Below are positions 57,900 through 64,000 of a stretch of 64,000 bases of DNA, piece after piece (positions within the stretch are counted from its first letter, which is position 1; each line of letters starts with the position of its first letter). The translations under genes and the position numbers were made by a program. Under the pieces are notes generated by a model. It was not told where the DNA came from. It did not search any database and saw only the letters and a program-made list of their open reading frames with translations. Source of the DNA: a virus; IMG/VR virus record IMGVR_UViG_3300022753_000060. The stretch is one strand, 5' to 3'.

Positions 57900-59369
57900 A
57901 TGAATGCAATAGCTAGAATATATGGTAATAGTAAACATCCAGATATAAGTGGAGAAGTTAAATTTACCCAGTTGGACGATAAAGTAAAAATTACAGCTGA
58001 TATAAAAGGATTACCAAAATCAACTTTCTTAGGATTTCATATACATGCTAAAGGTAATTGCTCAGGAGATGAGCAAGATGAATTTAAAGATGTAGGTAAG
58101 CATTACAATCCAGATAGAAAAAGACATCCAAATCATAAAGGTGATTTATCTTCTATAAATACATCAACCGGAAAAGTTCATATAGAACAAGAAACAGATA
58201 GATTTACAGTCGATGAAATCATTGGAAAAGCAATTATATTGCATTCACAGAGAGATGATTTTACAAGTCAACCAGCAGGTGATGCTGGAGATAAGATAGC
58301 ATGTGGAGTGATAAGAGAAATGAAATTATTAGAAAATGAATCAAAAAATCCTTTAAAAGATGCAGAAGAATTTGCTAAAAAGCATCAAAAAGGATTAGGA
58401 GCATTTGTTAAGTTGAACGCTGGTAATGTAGAAAAAGGGATAGCAACATTTAATAAAAATATGGGATCTAGTGAAACAAGTACATCTAGCACAGCTATGA
58501 GTGAAAGCATAGAATATAAAGGAATTGAATTAACTTCAAATAATAAAGAAGAATCAAAAGAAGATATAATAGATAATTTATCAGGCATTGTTGATGATAT
58601 AGTAAGGGCTGGTTATTTTAACTATTCTGATATAATTAGAGTAGAAGAAGTTATAGATGAAAAAACCTTTGATAACTCGCATTTAATTATAACAACGAAA
58701 GATGAAGGACCTAAATTATTTACATATGTTGGTGGTAGGCTGTACAACTACGAACCAAGAGAATATATTAATAGGGGAGTTGAATCAAAGATGAATATCA
58801 GAGAAGAATTAAATAAGATTGATATGGATACTTGCGAAACCGATTTAGTTAATATGTATGAAGCTTGTAAGTTAACAAATGAGGATAAAAAACAAATAGT
58901 CGCATTGTTGCAAGAAAATAAAGTAGAAGATCTAAATAAATTTTTAGAATCTAAATTATTTGAAGATGAACTTGATCCTGAAACATTAGATGAAAATGAT
59001 TATTCTGAAGAAGATTTAAAAATGTTTGCTAATATGATTAGAGTAAATAGTCCGCGTTTTAGAGGTGATCCATATCCTCCATTCGCAGAAACAAAGATAA
59101 ATGAATCTAATATCCCAGATAATATGAGATTTAAAATGTGGGATAGTGAAGTTACAAGTGATGATGTTATCGAATTTACTTGGATAACTCAAGGAGAGTT
59201 TACAACTGAAGATTCAGAAATGTTTATAAAAGAAATAAAAAGAGCTATTAATGCTTTAATAGACAGTTCTAGATTCGATCAACCATTTACTCTTGCCCTA
59301 GAAGTAAGATCAAGATCAGGATATGAAAATGGGCATTTAGTGATAGATTTAGATTTTAACCGAGAATAA
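57900..59369 (+). CDS. Cu/Zn superoxide dismutase-like domain protein with ~330-aa C-terminal extension
   Basis: GFHIHAKGNC, GKHYNP, HKGDL, ILHSQRDDF, GDAGDKIACGVI = Cu,Zn-SOD motifs in canonical order (aa 40-170). Confidence 0.55.
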   Translation: MNAIARIYGNSKHPDISGEVKFTQLDDKVKITADIKGLPKSTFLGFHIHAKGNCSGDEQDEFKDVGKHYNPDRKRHPNHKGDLSSINTSTGKVHIEQETDRFTVDEIIGKAIILHSQRDDFTSQPAGDAGDKIACGVIREMKLLENESKNPLKDAEEFAKKHQKGLGAFVKLNAGNVEKGIATFNKNMGSSETSTSSTAMSESIEYKGIELTSNNKEESKEDIIDNLSGIVDDIVRAGYFNYSDIIRVEEVIDEKTFDNSHLIITTKDEGPKLFTYVGGRLYNYEPREYINRGVESKMNIREELNKIDMDTCETDLVNMYEACKLTNEDKKQIVALLQENKVEDLNKFLESKLFEDELDPETLDENDYSEEDLKMFANMIRVNSPRFRGDPYPPFAETKINESNIPDNMRFKMWDSEVTSDDVIEFTWITQGEFTTEDSEMFIKEIKRAINALIDSSRFDQPFTLALEVRSRSGYENGHLVIDLDFNRE

Positions 59370-59378
59370 GGAGGTTGA

Positions 59379-60191
59379 ATGAAATTTTTATCAAATTCAA
59401 CAAAAATAAAATGCATCGTGGCCAGTGTTTTAACTGGCCTTGCATTCATTACTTTAATAATGCTAACAAGTTTATTAACAGTTACATTTGAAAGTAAATT
59501 GACTATGACTTTTATATACACAATAAGTTTAATGTTAATTTTACTTATTTGGCAAGGTATATTACAAATAAATGTATTTACTGATTATAAAGCTAAACGA
59601 AATTATCTATGTGCAGATGGTATATTAACCTTATGTATGGGTGCTTTAATAATTATAAGCGGTATATTATTAAGTGTATTGCAATTAGATAAAATAATGC
59701 ATGGTATATTTATAGGTACTTCAGACATAAGAATATTCTTAACTTGTTTTCTTTCAGTTATAGGTATATGGAAAATATTTGTTACAATTAGAAGTATAAA
59801 AGAAAAACATTTCAATTGGTGGTGTGAATTATTATTTAGTATATTATGGATTGGATTAGCAATTACTTGTTTATTAACAATGTTTATAAGTTCACAAGCA
59901 CTGCTTTGGATTATGATTTCAATTGCTTGGGCTTTAATAGTTCTTACAATATTCTATATGCTTTATAGTTATGTAATTAAAAAACCAGACTACTTAGAAA
60001 CAGAAGAAGCTATAAAAGAATTAGAAGAACAAATGGAAGAAGAACAAGCAAAGAAAGATAAAAATCAAAAAATAACTTCTTCATTTAGACTTCAAGATAA
60101 GTTAAGAAAGTTAAAAGAATTGAAAGATAACAATTTAATAACAGAAGAAGAATATAATCAAAAGAAAAATCAATTATTAGATACTTTGTAA
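59379..60191 (+). CDS. multi-pass membrane protein with C-terminal SHOCT-like motif
   Basis: About 6 hydrophobic helices; C-term KLKELKDNNLITEEEYNQKKNQLL. Confidence 0.45.
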   Translation: MKFLSNSTKIKCIVASVLTGLAFITLIMLTSLLTVTFESKLTMTFIYTISLMLILLIWQGILQINVFTDYKAKRNYLCADGILTLCMGALIIISGILLSVLQLDKIMHGIFIGTSDIRIFLTCFLSVIGIWKIFVTIRSIKEKHFNWWCELLFSILWIGLAITCLLTMFISSQALLWIMISIAWALIVLTIFYMLYSYVIKKPDYLETEEAIKELEEQMEEEQAKKDKNQKITSSFRLQDKLRKLKELKDNNLITEEEYNQKKNQLLDTL

Positions 60192-60205
60192 GGAGAGAAG
60201 AATAA

Positions 60206-60598
60206 ATGGCACTATCAAATATAATCAGCAAAATAACTTTAGGGGAATGGTTACAAACAGATTCAGATAATTTTAATTACTGCTATCTAATAGCAATTAA
60301 GGGTACTAAACAAGAAGGTGATACTATAGATCCTAAAGATGTTAGAAGAATAACTTTTGAATTAGGTATCGATTGCGGTATAAGTCAAAAACCTTTAACT
60401 ATTCAAAGATTTACAATTAACTTTAATGATGAAATATCGCCTAATAATGAATTAAACGATATAGCTAGAGGTGTTAGATTAACTAATATACCAAATGAAT
60501 TTTATATTAAAGTTGTTTCAGTAGATGATGGTAAGAAAGAAATAGCTGAAGGTACTGTTGCTATAGAAATTAATATGAATTCAATGCAATTAGTTTAA
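60206..60598 (+). CDS. hypothetical protein
   Basis: 130-aa ORF. Confidence 0.45.
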   Translation: MALSNIISKITLGEWLQTDSDNFNYCYLIAIKGTKQEGDTIDPKDVRRITFELGIDCGISQKPLTIQRFTINFNDEISPNNELNDIARGVRLTNIPNEFYIKVVSVDDGKKEIAEGTVAIEINMNSMQLV

Positions 60599-60673
60599 AA
60601 AATTAAAATAGGAGCAGGTTATTTAATCTAATAACCTGCTAAATTTAATGTATAAAATAAGGAGAATATAATA

Positions 60674-61285
60674 ATGATGGGTATCATATTTCCAATAATA
60701 GTTAATTTAGTATTAGTTAGTGTATTTGTATCATCTATACTAATTGGTAAGAAACTTGGATGGAAAGCAAGTTTAGTGAATTTATTCATAACAGTTGGTT
60801 CGCTTATAGGTGGTTATTATCTTTCCAAAATAGATTTCTTTACAAATATACATGCTACTTATTTATCAATATTAAGTGACTTAATGTTTAAAGTAACTTT
60901 TGCAAGTTTGTTTGCAACTATTGTATATGTTATTGAAGTTATAATTAGTGTTATAATATATAGAAAGAAAAATTTAATTAAAGCAGAAGTTTTAAATACT
61001 GCTAAGATAAAAAGAGCAAAAGCAATAGATAAAAAAGTAGAAAAACTAATTAAAAAACAAGAAAGACAAGCTGAAAAAGTAAATAGAGTTTATAGAAAAT
61101 TAACTACTAAATCAAGAGTATTTGGTGCTTTAATCTGTGTTTTAACAGGTTTATTACTTACTTGTACTTCTTACGTAGGTATAAAAGCAATATGTATCTA
61201 TGCCCAAGATAAAACTCAAGTTGAATGGTTAGATGAGGGTTATATCTATACTTTACCAGGTCAATTGGATAAAGTAATTAAATAA
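60674..61285 (+). CDS. membrane protein
   Basis: Multiple TM helices; RBS aaggagaat. Confidence 0.45.
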   Translation: MMGIIFPIIVNLVLVSVFVSSILIGKKLGWKASLVNLFITVGSLIGGYYLSKIDFFTNIHATYLSILSDLMFKVTFASLFATIVYVIEVIISVIIYRKKNLIKAEVLNTAKIKRAKAIDKKVEKLIKKQERQAEKVNRVYRKLTTKSRVFGALICVLTGLLLTCTSYVGIKAICIYAQDKTQVEWLDEGYIYTLPGQLDKVIK

Positions 61286-61297
61286 GGAGAATATAAA

Positions 61298-63022
61298 ATG
61301 ATATTGAATGAAAATATAGGACTTGCTCCAGTAGAGAAAGAAGATCATGGTGAAGTTGATCAAACTTATGCAGCTGCTATCAGAGATATAGAAAAAGCAG
61401 AAAAAAAGAAAGCAGAGTTCACTAAAATACAAGCAGAACCTAAACATGATGAAAAACCAAAAAATCCTAAAATGGTTAGTGGTGCAAAGAAAATGCATTT
61501 AGATGAAAGTTTGTTTGAAGATATTTTAGATGAAAAGAAAGAGAAAACTAAAGAAGATATATTAGATGATTTATATGATGAATTACGTAAAGCTAAATAT
61601 CTAGTTAACGCAGATCCAATTGGCTATAGGATAGGAAAGAGACAACCTGAAGGTCAGATACAACTTAGTAGAAAAGATAAATCATACGAATTTATAAAAG
61701 ATGAAAAAGATCTTGATGATGCTAAAGCAATCGTAGATAAGTATGGCTTTAAGTATTATGTTAAATCAACATTAGGTATACCTTCTCTTTATATAGACAC
61801 TGAAAGCTTAGAAGAAGAAATATATAGCACTTCTGGCGCAGCCGGCAAAGAAATGTCTTTTGATATAAAAGATGATGGAACTATCGTAATATATGATGGT
61901 GATAAAATAGTTAAGCAAAGCAAAACAAATCCAACATATGCTAAACAAGTTTTAAAAGATTTGGGGTTTAAAGAAAAAGAAATTATTAAAGAAGATATTA
62001 ATAATTTAGAAAAAGAATTTACTATTCATTATAATAGAGAGGGATTTGAATATGGTGGATATGGTGCAGTAAGAGTTAAAGCTTCTAATGAAAAAGAAGC
62101 TAAAGAGAAATTCTTAGATGAGAAACCCGATAAAGATATTGAAATAACTTCTGTAAGACCAACTGAAAATGAAGATATTAGAAAAGGTATCAGATTGTTA
62201 GAAGATACTGAGATAGTTAAAGAATCTTTTGAAGACTTCTATGCTCAATTTGATATTAGACCTGAAAGAAAAATAAAAGAAGTTTACGCAGAAATATCCC
62301 CAGAAGAATTTCAATTAGATAAAATACACCCAACAAAAACTATCGCTGATATATGGTCAGAAATGCAATCAGGAGAAGATTTTTATAGAATAGCTTCAGA
62401 AGATGGAGAAGGCTTCGATAGCGCAGTAAGAGAAGGCATATTTGAAATTATATCTAAAGCTTTTAAAATCCCATATGATACAGTTTATTTAACTTGGAGA
62501 AATGGTGGCAAGTTAGAAGAATCTTTTGAAGATGAACAAAAAGCGGCAGAAGAAAGAGCGAGAGAAGAGACTATTAAAAAAATGGTTAAAGAAAGAGAAG
62601 AAGGTTCTCTCGGTGACAGAATTGAAGCTGCAGAATTAGAACAAGAATTAAAAGAAGATTATACTGATGGAACTACTATCGAGGATGGGGGTGAAATAAC
62701 ACCAGATTCAATTCAACCAGGTCCAGAAGCAGGATTAGCAGCTGAATTAACTAAACTAATTAAAGAAGAATGAGACGCAATTCAAGATTATAATGATGCT
62801 ATAGTAGCAGCAGAATTAGAAGGTTATCATGATATTGCAAAAGTATTTAAAGATATAGTTAATGAAGAAATGAACCATGTAGGCATGCTTGAAACTTCTT
62901 TAAGCACAATATCTCCTAATACCCAGACTATAGAAGACGGAGAAGCAGAAGCTTCTGATATATTAAATGAAATACCTCACGAAGTTATGGATGAAGACCC
63001 TGAAGAAGGTATGCATTATTAA
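61298..63022 (+). CDS. acidic protein with in-frame TGA at 62771-62773 followed by a rubrerythrin/ferritin-like C-terminal segment
   Basis: ORF 61298-62773 ends TGA; same frame continues 83 codons ..LIKEE[TGA]DAIQDYNDAIVAAELEGYHDIAKVFKDIVNEEMNHVGMLETSL.. to TAA 63020-63022. EGY.DIAKLF..I..EE..H resembles the rubrerythrin/ferritin-like di-iron helix pair. Confidence 0.5.
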
Positions 63023-63044
63023 TATTTAAAAGGAAGATAAGAAT

Positions 63045-63470
63045 ATGGAAATATTTGGATGGATTATGTTAGCTTTATTAGCAGCATTTGGAATATTTAT
63101 TTTAGTTTTATTTGTTATTCCATTTATTGTAAGCGAAAGTAAAGCACTTGGTTATAAAATTAAAAAAGCAGTTCAAGATAAAAGAGAAGATATTGATAAA
63201 AGATCTGAAGCAAGAAAACATAGAGATGAAATTAAACGTCAAAGAGACTTTGAACTTGCTGATAAAAAACTAGATGCAAAACTTTTGAAAGTTGACAAAC
63301 AAATAGAATTGCATAATAAAAAATTAAAACTTGCTAATGAACTAAAAGATGCAACTAAATCAAGAAAAGAGATTTTAAGAAAAGAAAATACACTTAAACA
63401 TGTAGAAGAACCAATATACGCAGTTCCAGAAGAAGATGAAGCTTCAGAAGTTAAAGATATAGAAGAATAA
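63045..63470 (+). CDS. membrane-anchored coiled-coil protein
   Basis: N-terminal TM helix, K/E-rich tail; followed by terminator hairpin AAGAAGCTAT..ATAGCTTCTT + Ts (63487-63518). Confidence 0.45.
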   Translation: MEIFGWIMLALLAAFGIFILVLFVIPFIVSESKALGYKIKKAVQDKREDIDKRSEARKHRDEIKRQRDFELADKKLDAKLLKVDKQIELHNKKLKLANELKDATKSRKEILRKENTLKHVEEPIYAVPEEDEASEVKDIEE

Positions 63471-63534
63471 TTAGTAAAGAAGCTATTGATTTAAATATAG
63501 CTTCTTTTATTTTAAGGAGATAGTATGTCATATA

Positions 63535-64000
63535 ATTTATTACTTGATACAAAATTTGAAAACGATCAATGAAAATTTATAAACTGCAGATATGAAAATG
63601 GCAAACTTACTTCTAGTTCAAAAATATTTGGTATTGAACAAGAATTGATTTTACCAGATCTAACAAAATTATATTTCAGATGTAATTATATGACTGCTTC
63701 GAAAGATATCACAGAAGTTAAGATAGGCATACTTAATAAAAATACTTTGGATATAGATAAACGTTTCCCAAAATATTTAAAATGGAATAATATATCAGTC
63801 ATAGATTACAGCAAGCAAGAGAAAATAAAAGTACATCTAATATTTGAGTCTACAGAAGATATCAACGAAGTATATATAAAAGAACCAATATTAGTAGATT
63901 TAAATTATTTACATAAATCTACATGGTTAAAAATAATACTAGATAGAACTATAAATTATCTACCTGGCTATTCATATAAAAATGAGTATAAAGAATTACA
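63535..64000 (+). CDS. hypothetical protein with in-frame TGA at 63580-63582 (3' end outside window)
   Basis: RBS taaggagatag before ATG 63535; ..FENDQ[TGA]KFINCRYENG.. then open to window end. Confidence 0.4.

Noticed and set aside
1887-59815. All minus-strand ORFs in the track (e.g. 1887-2150, 12167-12394, 13314-13568, 27081-27404, 41620-41922, 61253-61498)
   Set aside because: They are short and low-complexity, lie wholly inside well-supported + strand genes, have no RBS and follow the AT-rich antisense-frame pattern. Judged spurious.
1-64000. CRISPR arrays, rRNA genes, integrase/transposase genes
   Set aside because: No regularly spaced direct repeats, no rRNA-like conserved stretches and no recombinase motifs were found. 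The repeated intergenic motif is promoter/terminator-like with unique flanks, not a CRISPR repeat.

Overview
This is an AT-rich segment of a large virulent phage genome. The GC content was not computed. All credible genes lie on the + strand. The window holds a partial SbcC-like ATPase, several nucleases and metallophosphoesterases, and a tRNA array at roughly 7.9-11.9 kb with at least 17 recognisable tRNAs. The array carries three CAU-anticodon species, and one of them is split by a ~450-nt group-I-like intron encoding a small PD-(D/E)xK-like endonuclease. Beyond the array lies a block of DNA/nucleotide and RNA-metabolism genes. These include thymidine kinase, peptide deformylase, SSB, anaerobic RNR NrdD carrying an intein with a GIY-YIG domain, NrdG, a ThyX-like protein, RNase H, a CCA-adding enzyme, two RNA-ligase-like proteins, a Pnk-like kinase fused to an HD domain, an ATP-dependent DNA ligase and a PARP-like WGR protein. 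The most striking signal is stop-codon recoding. At least 7 CDSs carry in-frame TGA codons, and the two interpretable ones sit at universally conserved Trp positions. TGA is never used as a clean terminator in the window. A phage-encoded tRNA-like gene with a UCA anticodon loop sits at 15.2 kb in a 550-nt non-coding island. Other notable items: (1) a six-member paralogous family sharing the N-terminus MKQxIRxxTFETNSSSxHS; (2) two classes of recurring promoter/terminator motifs; (3) two tRNA-like genes with ~45-nt insertions; (4) a structured non-coding region just upstream of the tRNA array. Minus-strand ORFs in the track look spurious.
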